From: a virus | Taxonomy: Duplodnaviria; Heunggongvirae; Uroviricota; Caudoviricetes | Virus record (IMG/VR): IMGVR_UViG_3300045253_000164 | Span: 1-26,313 of that record | Direction: 5' to 3' (one strand) | Length of the DNA stretch: 26,313 nt | Position numbers and translations under genes: made by a program | Shown: in pieces, positions 14,898-23,253 of the stretch | Position numbering within the stretch: position 1 is the stretch's first letter | How the letters are laid out: every line of letters starts with the position of its first letter | Notes under the pieces: model-generated | The model's input: the letters and a program-made list of their open reading frames with translations, nothing else | The model's database searches: none | What the model was told of the DNA's origin: nothing

Positions 14898-15491
14898 TCA
14901 TGACCACCGGGCGTCGGCGTGCTCGAGGAAGTCCTCGATCTCCGCGAGCGTCGTGATTTCATCCCCACTCCAACGGGGATCCGGGTCATTGAGGAGATGG
15001 GCGAGCTCCCAGCGCACCACGCGCATGTGGTCCGTGGTCGTCGGCCAGTCCAGCGGCATGGTGCGGTTGAGACGCGCGGCGCTGCAGAACACTGCGCCGA
15101 TCACACACAGGACCAGCCCCCGCAGTCCGTAGAGGGGCAGCCAAATCACCAGCACGCCCGTCGCCGAGAGCGCAATCCCGCACAGGAAGCACCGAGACAG
15201 CGCGAGATGCGGCATCCGTTCCGACGGCGGACAGTATCGATTGACGGCGCGCCGATGCGTCCACCACGCCAAGGGGATGCACGGCAACGCGATGAGCCCG
15301 TAGCCCACCAAATGCAGGGCAGTGATCCCCGCGTCCCATCGCCAATCGGCGCCATGAGCAATGAACCCGCGTTGCAGCGGATCGGTCAGCCCAATCGCCA
15401 ACAGCACCGCCGCCAAGATCCCCACGGCCATGAGCGCGCGAATTCCCCAGACGACGATCAGGGCAGCGAGGCGATCGAGCGCGCGGGTCAT
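14898..15491 (-). CDS. membrane protein containing an ETR1-like (ethylene-receptor-type) sensor domain, with no kinase domain
   Basis: FIAHGADWRWDAGITALHLVGYGLIAL...LCG...VIWLPLYGLRGLV aligns by eye with the FMPHG.C.LW...L..LH..SD.LIA...CG.TH...IW.P.Y.L.G.VK domain of bacterial sensor kinases. Confidence 0.55.
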   Translation of the reverse strand: MTRALDRLAALIVVWGIRALMAVGILAAVLLAIGLTDPLQRGFIAHGADWRWDAGITALHLVGYGLIALPCIPLAWWTHRRAVNRYCPPSERMPHLALSRCFLCGIALSATGVLVIWLPLYGLRGLVLCVIGAVFCSAARLNRTMPLDWPTTTDHMRVVRWELAHLLNDPDPRWSGDEITTLAEIEDFLEHADARWS

Positions 15492-15691
15492 TCTCCCCCG
15501 TTAACCGGCGACGGCATAGCACTGGGCACGAGCTCCACCGTCGGCACGGCGTACCGCTTCCGACGCTCCGGGCAGGTCGCCGTGGCGCACTCGATCCAGG
15601 CGTCATCGCGGACGTTGGGTCGGCCCTCGTGTGCGATCATCGCCGCCTGACACCGCGGACAGCGGACGTCCGCAATCAACGTCGTCTTCAT
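15488..15691 (-). CDS. Zn-ribbon protein (CPRC...C...C)
   Basis: GGAGGAG RBS and ATGA coupling. Confidence 0.7.
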   Translation of the reverse strand: MKTTLIADVRCPRCQAAMIAHEGRPNVRDDAWIECATATCPERRKRYAVPTVELVPSAMPSPVNGGE

Positions 15692-16098
15692 GGCTCCTCC
15701 GTTCCCAGCGCCTCGATGCGCAGCGTCGCCTTTGCAGTCACCGCCCCGACGCTGACCGCCAGCTCGAGCAGCCGATCTACGGCGCCAGGGGCAGCGGCAG
15801 CCAGGCGCGCTACGGCGTCGGCTGCGACGCGCACGGACTCCCGGTGCTCGTCGAGCCAGGTCACGCCCTGGTGTAGCAGCTCCGCGGTCACCCGTGCGCC
15901 GTGGAGGGCCTGTCTGGCTGCCAGCCGCAGATCGGCGACTACCGTGTCGTCGAGCTTGCCATCGGTGGCCGCGGCGAAGGCGTCGAGGGCATGGAGCAAC
16001 GGCGCGCCGGCGGCCAGCTTCGCGCGCGCCGCGTCGACCGCACCCTTGACCTCGCTGCCGACTTGCCAGGCGGTGACGATGGAGTTGAGGAGCCCCAT
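15688..16098 (-). CDS. Ala-rich hypothetical protein
   Basis: ATG immediately follows the upstream TAG. GC3 bias. Confidence 0.7.
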   Translation of the reverse strand: MGLLNSIVTAWQVGSEVKGAVDAARAKLAAGAPLLHALDAFAAATDGKLDDTVVADLRLAARQALHGARVTAELLHQGVTWLDEHRESVRVAADAVARLAAAAPGAVDRLLELAVSVGAVTAKATLRIEALGTEEP

Positions 16099-16248
16099 CT
16101 ACAGCCGGCCGGTCAGCAACAGAATGAGCACGACAATGAGCAGGATCCCGCCGATGCCCGATGGCCCGTAGCCGTAGTCGTGCCCGCTGATGTTCGGCAG
16201 GCCGCCGAAGATGAGCAGCAGCAGGACGATCAATAGGAGCAAGGACAT
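16099..16248 (-). CDS. DUF3309 family small membrane protein
   Basis: My translation is MSLLLLIVLLLLIFGGLPNISGHDYGYGPSGIGGILLIVVLILLLTGRL, which has the GGLP...GYGPSG..G...LLL.GR signature. GAGGTG RBS. Confidence 0.85.
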   Translation of the reverse strand: MSLLLLIVLLLLIFGGLPNISGHDYGYGPSGIGGILLIVVLILLLTGRL

Positions 16249-16275
16249 GACGTCACCTCGTCTGTTCTGCGGCGT

Positions 16276-16422
16276 TTAGGCTGGCAGACAGCCCAGCAGC
16301 AGCGCAATCGACAGCAGCAGCACCGAGAGCCACAATGGCCACGCACGACCAGCAGCAGACGCAATAGCGCCCCCACCGGCGATGAGTTCCAGCAGACAGC
16401 GGATGGTGAGTAGACCGTTCAT
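16276..16422 (-). CDS. 48-aa two-TM membrane peptide
   Basis: AAGGGAGG RBS. Translation is MNGLLTIRCLLELIAGGGAIASAAGRAWPLWLSVLLLSIALLLGCLPA. Confidence 0.65.
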   Translation of the reverse strand: MNGLLTIRCLLELIAGGGAIASAAGRAWPLWLSVLLLSIALLLGCLPA

Positions 16423-16640
16423 GGTGTTACCCTCCCTTTCGGTTTGCGTGATTTGCTGCGTGGCTTCTTGCGCACCACTCGTTCGATGTTCCCTCCTGGC
16501 TGTGCGAGGAACGCCGGCGGTGGCAACGGACTCCTGGCATCGGCTTGCTGCACCGGCGGCGGATGCACCCAACACCTCCGACACCAGTAGAGCAGGGCAA
16601 CAAGGAATGATGCAGAAGTTATGAGTATGAGAACGTACAT
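16419..16640 (-). CDS. N-terminal TM, Pro-rich and basic tail protein (73 aa)
   Basis: Hydrophobic N-terminus. The stop overlaps the downstream ATG. Confidence 0.55.
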   Translation of the reverse strand: MYVLILITSASFLVALLYWCRRCWVHPPPVQQADARSPLPPPAFLAQPGGNIERVVRKKPRSKSRKPKGRVTP

Positions 16641-16642
16641 CG

Positions 16643-17188
16643 TCAGTCCCCCTTTGGCTTGTCGGTCGTCTGGATCTCTACCGTCGGCACCGCACCGCCG
16701 GCGATCGCCGTCTGCGTACGGGCCGCCGCAGAGATTCCCGCGGCCGCCGCGGCGACCTCCTTGCTCGCCCCGAACTTGTCCAACATCAACTGCGCAGCTT
16801 GACGCGCCAGGATGCTACCGAAGGCGAAGAGTGCGCCCTTCACCATGAGTTGCGTACCGATGCCGTAGCCAGCTTCGATGGCCGACATGATCCCATAGGC
16901 GAGCGCAACCGCCGGCGGCACGACCAGCGACACCTTTTCGCTGATGAGCGCCGAGATATGGAAGTAGATGGCGAGCCCGCAGATACAGACCAGAAAACCC
17001 CAATCGCGGGCTTCAAATTTGATCCAGGAATCGTCGAACGCCTTGGAGGCCGTTTGCGCAACGGCGTCCGCAATGCCCTCTGCGAACCCTGTTCGCGCCA
17101 CCAGAGTGACCAACGCAATACTCAGGAGGCCGCACCACGCCCAACGTGCCGATCGGGCATCGCTGGCTTCGGTCAGTTGACGATACAC
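16643..17188 (-). CDS. multi-pass membrane protein, holin candidate
   Basis: 3-4 hydrophobic segments and a charged C-terminus. GGAGGT before GTG 17188 (the ORF track starts at TTG 17200). No family recognised. Confidence 0.55.
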   Translation of the reverse strand: MYRQLTEASDARSARWAWCGLLSIALVTLVARTGFAEGIADAVAQTASKAFDDSWIKFEARDWGFLVCICGLAIYFHISALISEKVSLVVPPAVALAYGIMSAIEAGYGIGTQLMVKGALFAFGSILARQAAQLMLDKFGASKEVAAAAAGISAAARTQTAIAGGAVPTVEIQTTDKPKGD

Positions 17189-17299
17189 TCCCACCTCCAA
17201 GCCGTAGGCTCGACGATGGGTGGCGGCGTGGGAACGAAACTTAGAGTCGCACGTTTACGCCCGGATTTCTACAGCCGAGTCGCGAATTCACCTTGGCGG

Positions 17300-18286
17300 C
17301 TAGGCCGCTTGCGCCGTCGGCACCAACGCGTATCGCGCGTACAGCGCTGTCGCGTCGGCGGTCAGCACCTGGCGGTCGATGTCCTCAACGGGCCGACCAC
17401 CGGAGAGTGCCGCCCACTGTTCATCGGTGACGTTCAGCGGCCGCGCTTGCTGAATCGGCAGCTCAGGGGGCAGTGCCCCCCACTTCCCGCGGAAGAGTTC
17501 CCCGTTGCGCCGGAAGGTGGTCTCGTTGCTCTGCGCCAACGCCGGATTGCTGCGAATGGTCAGCGAGCAGTCGTGACGGAACAGGGCACCAGGATCACAG
17601 ACCGCCCGCACGCCGGCGTACTGCATGCGGACATGGTAGTCGTTGTCTTCGAAGTAGGCCGGGCGATACCGGGCATCGAAGAGCCCCCAGTCCCACGGCG
17701 ACATGAACGCCGCCGGCGAGGGTTCGTTGCGTTCTCGGGCCTCATGCTGTCGCTGCATTTCCACGCCAGCATCCCACTTCCCGACAATCTCGATGCACGC
17801 CGGCGTCAGGAGGAAAAAGGAGAAATCCGGCGTCGGTCGCACAGGATCGGTCGGCGCGGCCGCGGCCACCGGTTGTTCAGGTGTGTCGTAGGGAACGGCG
17901 GTGCCGGTCACGAACAGGGCGCCGGCGTCGGTGAGGGCCACCAGCCGCTCGATCGTCCCGGGCATCGGGAGCGTGTCGTGTCCGCACACCAGAATGCGGG
18001 TTGCGCCATTGGCGAGCGCGAAGCGGATCCCCATGTTCCACGCGGCCGCTGCGCCAATGTTCGTTTGATTCGCAATGATCATGATGCCCTGCGGCACCAT
18101 GGGCACCTCGCTGCCGTTCGCCAGCTGGCCCTTGAGCGCCATCAGCCATTCAATCGTGCCGTCGGTGCTTTGCTGATCGACGAGGACAATCCGAAAGGGA
18201 ATGTCGAGCATCGTTTGCGTGAGTTGCGCCAGCAGCCGCTGGACGTGCTGCAGGGCGTTGAGAGTCGCGACGACGATGTACAGCAT
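17300..18286 (-). CDS. glycosyltransferase family 2 (GT-A)
   Basis: IVVATLN...IVLVDQQSTDGT...N.GAAAAWNMGI...GHD (DxD-equivalent position)...FD..Y.PAYFEDNDY..R. TGATG coupling at 18286. Confidence 0.9.
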   Translation of the reverse strand: MLYIVVATLNALQHVQRLLAQLTQTMLDIPFRIVLVDQQSTDGTIEWLMALKGQLANGSEVPMVPQGIMIIANQTNIGAAAAWNMGIRFALANGATRILVCGHDTLPMPGTIERLVALTDAGALFVTGTAVPYDTPEQPVAAAAPTDPVRPTPDFSFFLLTPACIEIVGKWDAGVEMQRQHEARERNEPSPAAFMSPWDWGLFDARYRPAYFEDNDYHVRMQYAGVRAVCDPGALFRHDCSLTIRSNPALAQSNETTFRRNGELFRGKWGALPPELPIQQARPLNVTDEQWAALSGGRPVEDIDRQVLTADATALYARYALVPTAQAA

Positions 18287-18570
18287 CAGTTCGATCCTTT
18301 CAGGATTAACGGCGGAACCTGCCGCCACAGCCAGCTGACGAGCCAGGTGCAGACCCGCGCGCGCCAGCCGATCGACTGCCGCACCTCGAGCTCCACACCA
18401 CCAATATCCCCACCGGGGAAGGTCACCCGCATCAGTACCGGGGCCGCACCGGATGATCGATGCGCTTCCGCCAGCACGCGCAACAGCAATTGCTCGAGCG
18501 GGCCGTGTGCGGTGGCGTGTTGCACCCGCGCAATCTCCGCGGCCGTGAGGCACCACGTCTCCGACGTCAT
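18286..18570 (-). CDS. hypothetical protein between the two glycosyltransferases (94 aa)
   Basis: ATGA/TGATG coupling on both sides. Confidence 0.6.
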   Translation of the reverse strand: MTSETWCLTAAEIARVQHATAHGPLEQLLLRVLAEAHRSSGAAPVLMRVTFPGGDIGGVELEVRQSIGWRARVCTWLVSWLWRQVPPLILKGSN

Positions 18571-19895
18571 GCCGCGATCCGCACGCCGTTCATCTGGTAA
18601 GGAGGTGCCGTCGTGGATGCCGGTGCTTCGAGGCGCGTCACGCAGTGCTGGAAGATTGCCTCCCATTGCGGCACCACGTGGTGTCGCCACGTCAGCCCCT
18701 GCGCCCACTCGCGCCCCCGGCGCCCCATTTCCCGGGCCCGTTCAGGATGAGCCAGCAGATCACACACCGCGGCCGCCATGTCGCGCACGTTCGCCACCGG
18801 GCGGAGTTGGTCATTGTCCGACAGCATGACGTCGCGATGCTCGAGCGGCGGCACGAGCACGCCGCGGTTGTCGGCCAGGAGCTCGGAGAGGCTCGTGTGA
18901 TCCGGGGCGACGACCGGGATGCCGACGGTCATCGCTTCGGACACCGGCAACTCCCATCCCCCACCCCGGCAGGTCGTCAGCAGGACGTCGGCTGCGTTGT
19001 AGATCATGTTGAGGATCGGCAGCGGTACACCCACGCCCTCGGAGAAGTTCAGCGGGAACAACACGGCATCCTGGGGAATCCGCAACTGGTGTTGGATCCG
19101 CGCCAGGTCGAAACCGGCAGCATCCGCTCGATTCATGTGGAGATACAGCTTGGCATCGGGGTGTACTTTGAGGACCTCGCGGAACACTTGCAGGGTCTTC
19201 GGCACGTCCTTGCGCGGCTGGTTGCGGTTCACGTTGACCAGCAATGGTTGGCCCGGTTGCAACCGCAACTGCTCACAACGGAAGCGCACGCGTTCCTCCG
19301 GCGGCACAGGGAAGAACGTGGCGGGATTGGTCCCGTGCGGAATCACGCGCAGCCGCTCCCGTAACATCGGCACGGTGTCCGTCATCACTCGATGGCCATA
19401 CTGGGTATAGGCAACAGGATAATCCACGCACGAGCTCATCCAGGTCAGCCACTCCGGGCGCACATGATCCCCATCGATCGGGAGATATTGCACCACCAGA
19501 AACGGTGGGCGCCCCTCTCGACACTGTTGGCGCAAGGCTTGGATAAGAGCTGGCATGAACGGCTGGAGCTGATTGTTGAACGGGATGGGATGGGTCAGCG
19601 TGAAACTGTCCTCGAGGAGGAACAGCACGTTGAACGGAATTTCGTTGGACAGGAGCTTCTGGCAGAAGCGCACTCGGCCGAACAAATCCGGATCGCGCGA
19701 TGCTGCGACCTGCGCCGGCCAGATCTTGAACGGCATGCCATGCGGATCACCCAGGTAGTTGATGCCGAAGAAGTTCAGGTCATCGATCGGCACCTGACGG
19801 CGTTCAACGAGACCCGTGAACAGTTCCCGCATGACCGTGCCGAATCCCGTGGGAACGCACGGGGCGTTGGCATAGGTAACGATGCGCAGGCCCAT
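18567..19895 (-). CDS. glycosyltransferase family 4 (GT-B, Glycos_transf_1)
   Basis: PTGFGTV, IPHGTN...FFP, VNRNQPRKD, YNAADV...WELPVSEAM..GIPVVAPDHTSL.E. TGATG coupling at 19895. Confidence 0.92.
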   Translation of the reverse strand: MGLRIVTYANAPCVPTGFGTVMRELFTGLVERRQVPIDDLNFFGINYLGDPHGMPFKIWPAQVAASRDPDLFGRVRFCQKLLSNEIPFNVLFLLEDSFTLTHPIPFNNQLQPFMPALIQALRQQCREGRPPFLVVQYLPIDGDHVRPEWLTWMSSCVDYPVAYTQYGHRVMTDTVPMLRERLRVIPHGTNPATFFPVPPEERVRFRCEQLRLQPGQPLLVNVNRNQPRKDVPKTLQVFREVLKVHPDAKLYLHMNRADAAGFDLARIQHQLRIPQDAVLFPLNFSEGVGVPLPILNMIYNAADVLLTTCRGGGWELPVSEAMTVGIPVVAPDHTSLSELLADNRGVLVPPLEHRDVMLSDNDQLRPVANVRDMAAAVCDLLAHPERAREMGRRGREWAQGLTWRHHVVPQWEAIFQHCVTRLEAPASTTAPPYQMNGVRIAA

Positions 19896-20152
19896 CAGTC
19901 CTCTGGGAGCGCGAGCTCGTCGGCGCCACTGACGAGACGCACCGGAGGCGAGGTTGAAGGCACTCCCGGCGGCGCTCCGGTTGCCGCCGCGGGCATGTAT
20001 GCCACCTCGGTCAGCTCCGTCACTCCACCCAGACCTCGGAGCAACTCCACGGATACTATGCCGGGGGGCACCAGGGACAGCGCGCGCACGAGCTCCTGGC
20101 GTTCTGCTTCGGTCAGCTCGATGATCCACGTCGTGCGAGGCGTAACGTTCAT
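19895..20152 (-). CDS. hypothetical protein (85 aa)
   Basis: Coupled to the GT4 start. Confidence 0.6.
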   Translation of the reverse strand: MNVTPRTTWIIELTEAERQELVRALSLVPPGIVSVELLRGLGGVTELTEVAYMPAAATGAPPGVPSTSPPVRLVSGADELALPED

Positions 20153-20169
20153 TGGGCGAAGATCAGGTC

Positions 20170-20451
20170 CTAGAATCGAGACGAGAGATTGTTCAGGTGC
20201 TCGCGCAGGTCATTGACGGACTTGGAGATGTTCTCGACCAAGCCATCGATGCCCATCGGTCCCGCAACAGCGGCGCCGACGCGCTCTATGGAACCGGTGT
20301 CCATTGCGGCAGAAACCGCGTCGACATACCCGTGACAGTCACCCAGAACTCCCCAGATGACGTTGAGGCGTTCGCGAAGATTTGACGGCCCTGGGGAATC
20401 GTTGCCGCTGCGCACCGTGTGCGCAAGTGGCATAGCTGGAGATTGAGGCAT
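20170..20451 (-). CDS. hypothetical protein (93 aa)
   Basis: AAGGAGAAG RBS before ATG 20451 (MPQSPAMP...). Lower GC than its neighbours. Confidence 0.6.
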   Translation of the reverse strand: MPQSPAMPLAHTVRSGNDSPGPSNLRERLNVIWGVLGDCHGYVDAVSAAMDTGSIERVGAAVAGPMGIDGLVENISKSVNDLREHLNNLSSRF

Positions 20452-20479
20452 TAGCTGCTTCTCCTTTCGTGATTTGAAT

Positions 20480-21061
20480 TCATTGGACGAGGTACCGACC
20501 CGGCGTGTCGCGTTCCAGTTGTTCCGGTTCCCGCAGGTCGACTTCCAACACGAGCCACGTGGCGTCGACCCCTTCGCACAGTCGAATGAGCCCCGCCTTG
20601 GGCTGTGCATGAGGTTTGCGCACGTAGAAGGCAGCGAGCGACGTGGCGATCCGCTCGAGGAGGGGCGCGACAAACTGCGCCAGATGATGATCGATGAAGC
20701 GCCAGCGGCGCCCGTTGACCAGGGACACAAACTCCGCCGGCGTGTTGGCGGACGGGATGTCCCAATGCTCGAAAACGGCTTGCAGGCGGAGCGCCGCGCC
20801 ACGGTCGGTGAGAGCGACCAACACATAGCTGCGCGTGGCGCCCTCGCGGATAGTGAGATCGCGCACCCCGAACACCGCGTATGGCCGCACGTCGCAGTAC
20901 ACCGACAGCTGGTCGGAGAGCGCGCGGATCAGCGGAATGAACAGATCGTCCGCCAGCTCGCCGAACAGATCGGCGCGGCGTCCCAGGTGATCTGCGAGGT
21001 AGCGCTCCAACAGATAGTGCGGTGCGGCGGCTTCGGCAGCTTCGATGGGCTCTGCGGGCAT
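20480..21061 (-). CDS. hypothetical protein (193 aa)
   Basis: GC3 bias, in operon orientation. Confidence 0.7.
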   Translation of the reverse strand: MPAEPIEAAEAAAPHYLLERYLADHLGRRADLFGELADDLFIPLIRALSDQLSVYCDVRPYAVFGVRDLTIREGATRSYVLVALTDRGAALRLQAVFEHWDIPSANTPAEFVSLVNGRRWRFIDHHLAQFVAPLLERIATSLAAFYVRKPHAQPKAGLIRLCEGVDATWLVLEVDLREPEQLERDTPGRYLVQ

Positions 21062-21064
21062 TGT

Positions 21065-21412
21065 TTACAGTTCGCCGCCGACCACGAGCCAGTTGCTCGT
21101 GCGTTCGAAATACAGCTGGTAGGTGAACACGGACGCCGAGACGAACGTCAGACCACCGGCGCCGAAGTCCATGCGGCCGTCCGTCCGACGATTGGCCTCG
21201 ACCTCATGACAGTAGAGTCGCGCGTTCAGATCGGCGCCCAGACGCATCAGGCGTTGATTGACCATGGCGGCGGCGGCCAGGCGTTGCTCTTGCTCCGCGG
21301 TGATCTGCTCCAACTGCCCCACGCGCGCGGCCAGCGCTTCGAGCGTCAGCGGGACCTCTGCTGGGGCTTCAGGAGGCGTGGAAGAGGGTGTCGATGCTAC
21401 GGCCTTGGCCAT
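21065..21412 (-). CDS. hypothetical protein (115 aa) with a short coiled coil
   Basis: GC3 bias, in operon orientation. Confidence 0.7.
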   Translation of the reverse strand: MAKAVASTPSSTPPEAPAEVPLTLEALAARVGQLEQITAEQEQRLAAAAMVNQRLMRLGADLNARLYCHEVEANRRTDGRMDFGAGGLTFVSASVFTYQLYFERTSNWLVVGGEL

Positions 21413-21487
21413 GCGTGCTCTATCGTGGGCCGGCCGCTGGGTGGCGTACGGGCATAAAGCGGCGGGTAACGAGCTTCCGTGCGACTG

Positions 21488-22771
21488 TCAAGCGCATTGT
21501 TGGGCAATTTCACGGAACGCCGCAAAGCGGGACGGTCGGGATTCTCGCACCGGTTGCACCTTCCGCAGCCACCGCGCGAACTCGTCCACGGTGAACCCCC
21601 GGATACCACCGAAGCGTGGCCAGTCCTGCGGATAGGCGCTGCGATAGATACCTTCGGCTTCTGTCGCCGTGCGCGCGCCGAAGATCACCTTGAACTCGTC
21701 GAGGGCGCCAGACGATGCGTGTTGCGTGATGACGAACACCAGGGGGCTGTCGAGGTGCGGCCCGAGGAAGCAGTCGGTCTGTTCGCCATCCTCACCGGTG
21801 CTGCGACAAATGTATCCATATGCGTACGGCAGTACCCGTGACCATGGCGTGCCATCCGCGGTGAATCCGCTGCGTGTGCTGCCGGCTTCGTTCTCTATGG
21901 AGATGCCGAAGCCGTGCAGGTGGACCTTGCGCTTGGGATAGTTGCCCGCCGTGATCTGCGCCAGTGTCGGTTGCGGGCCCGTCGCGGAGACCTCGCGGAA
22001 GCTGGCGAAGCGCGAGAGAGCGACGGTTGTCTCTGGTGCATGCAACGCAACGTCCGGCAACGGCCCACCTAATTCACGAAATGCGGCGAAGCGCGACGGG
22101 CGCCGCGCGGATTCTTCAAACAAGTCGGCATCGCTCGCGCCCCAGGCCTCGCGCTCTGCAGCCATCTCATCGAGCCGGGCTTGGCCAGCGGCGGCGATGT
22201 CCGGGTCGGTCGAATCCGGATCGTCAACGGACTCCAGATCGCAATAGCAATTCCAATGCGACGGGGGCAGTTGCCCGTCGATCTCGTCAAGGGTTTTTCC
22301 ATGCCGCGCAGCACATCCAGCTGTTGTAGTTGGCAACAGTCGAGATCGCCAAGTTAAAACCGTCTGCTCAGTCTGGTTGCCGGCAATCAGGCCTTGGTTC
22401 CACGCCCGCCGTGCTTCCGCAGTGACGCGTGTTTCTAAGTCCCGCAGGGCGCCGCTGGGCTCCTCCGTGTTGATGCCGAGCTCGCGGTAGAGACGGTCCG
22501 TGAAGTCGTCGTAGTTCTCTTGTGCGAGTAGGCTGCGCTCAACGCTAGCGAGCAGGTCACGGCTCAGTGTCGACGTGGCGTGCGTGACCCGATCGGCGAA
22601 CGTCGTCCCCATCCACAGCGCCTGGTCGAGGTTGATAGGTACATTGAGAGCCAGCGGATCGGGCTGATCCTCTGGATGCACCACCTCATCGCGCGGTTCG
22701 GACGGGGGCGGCGCCTTGGGCTTCGGCGCCGGTTTCGGCTTCTCGCCGCGGCGTTCACGTAGACGCGCCAT
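21488..22771 (-). CDS. MuF-like minor head protein fused to an inorganic pyrophosphatase-like (InPase) domain
   Basis: MuF motif W.....TT.GC..RHG.....PPSHWNCYC. The C-terminal G..ISIENE.GS.RSG...G..W......YGYI..S.GEDG...DCFLGP...VFVI.Q.....DE.KV.FG...EA..IY..AY pattern matches the InPase domain of polyvalent/MuF proteins. Confidence 0.85.
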   Translation of the reverse strand: MARLRERRGEKPKPAPKPKAPPPSEPRDEVVHPEDQPDPLALNVPINLDQALWMGTTFADRVTHATSTLSRDLLASVERSLLAQENYDDFTDRLYRELGINTEEPSGALRDLETRVTAEARRAWNQGLIAGNQTEQTVLTWRSRLLPTTTAGCAARHGKTLDEIDGQLPPSHWNCYCDLESVDDPDSTDPDIAAAGQARLDEMAAEREAWGASDADLFEESARRPSRFAAFRELGGPLPDVALHAPETTVALSRFASFREVSATGPQPTLAQITAGNYPKRKVHLHGFGISIENEAGSTRSGFTADGTPWSRVLPYAYGYICRSTGEDGEQTDCFLGPHLDSPLVFVITQHASSGALDEFKVIFGARTATEAEGIYRSAYPQDWPRFGGIRGFTVDEFARWLRKVQPVRESRPSRFAAFREIAQQCA

Positions 22772-22774
22772 GGC

Positions 22775-22957
22775 TCAATCTCGCAACCGACAGTATGTCT
22801 CGCGGTACACGCTCATGCGATCCTTGTCCGCCACCTGGGCGCACCGGAGGCAGACCCAGTTGCCAACCGTGGATTTGACGATGCGATGGCCATTCAGCAC
22901 CACGGGCGCTTCGTCCTGCTGAGCGTCGCGGGCCGGCCGGAGCTTGATACGGCTCAT
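22775..22957 (-). CDS. small Zn-finger-like protein (H...CLRC...C)
   Basis: ATGA coupling at 22957. Translation begins MSRIKLRP. Confidence 0.6.
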   Translation of the reverse strand: MSRIKLRPARDAQQDEAPVVLNGHRIVKSTVGNWVCLRCAQVADKDRMSVYRETYCRLRD

Positions 22958-23253
22958 GGCGTGACTGCGGACTGCCGCCCTCCGTGATAGGCGCGCACCC
23001 GTGTGGCGTTCAGGATAGCAATCCAATCGTCGCCCACCACCTGCGCCAACCGCACCACCGCCGCGTGAATCTCCGGCGCCAGCTGTTGGCGCCGGGCGGC
23101 GTCGAGCGACCAGCGACCATCCGGCATCCGTCGAAACCATGCGCGCGCCGCGTGCACAAAGGCTTGCGCTCGCGCGCGGACATCCGCTTCCAGCTCGGCA
23201 CGGGCGGCAGTGATCAATGTCTGCCGTGCGGCCACGAGATCGGGCTTAGCCAT
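22954..23253 (-). CDS. hypothetical helical protein (99 aa), possibly head-associated
   Basis: TGATG coupling. Lies upstream of MuF. Confidence 0.65.
   Translation of the reverse strand: MAKPDLVAARQTLITAARAELEADVRARAQAFVHAARAWFRRMPDGRWSLDAARRQQLAPEIHAAVVRLAQVVGDDWIAILNATRVRAYHGGRQSAVTP

Noticed and set aside
16643-17188. Definite holin call
   Set aside because: The topology is compatible, but there is no recognisable family motif and no endolysin nearby. Kept as a candidate only.
17201-17299. Internal promoter or regulatory site with a GCGACTC direct repeat between GT2 and the membrane-protein genes
   Set aside because: Only a 7-bp repeat and no convincing -35/-10 pair. Cannot be supported without TSS data.
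16799-18829. 676-aa + strand ORF
   Set aside because: Antisense shadow of the GT2, GT4 and membrane genes. The translation is low-complexity and Arg-rich with no motifs.
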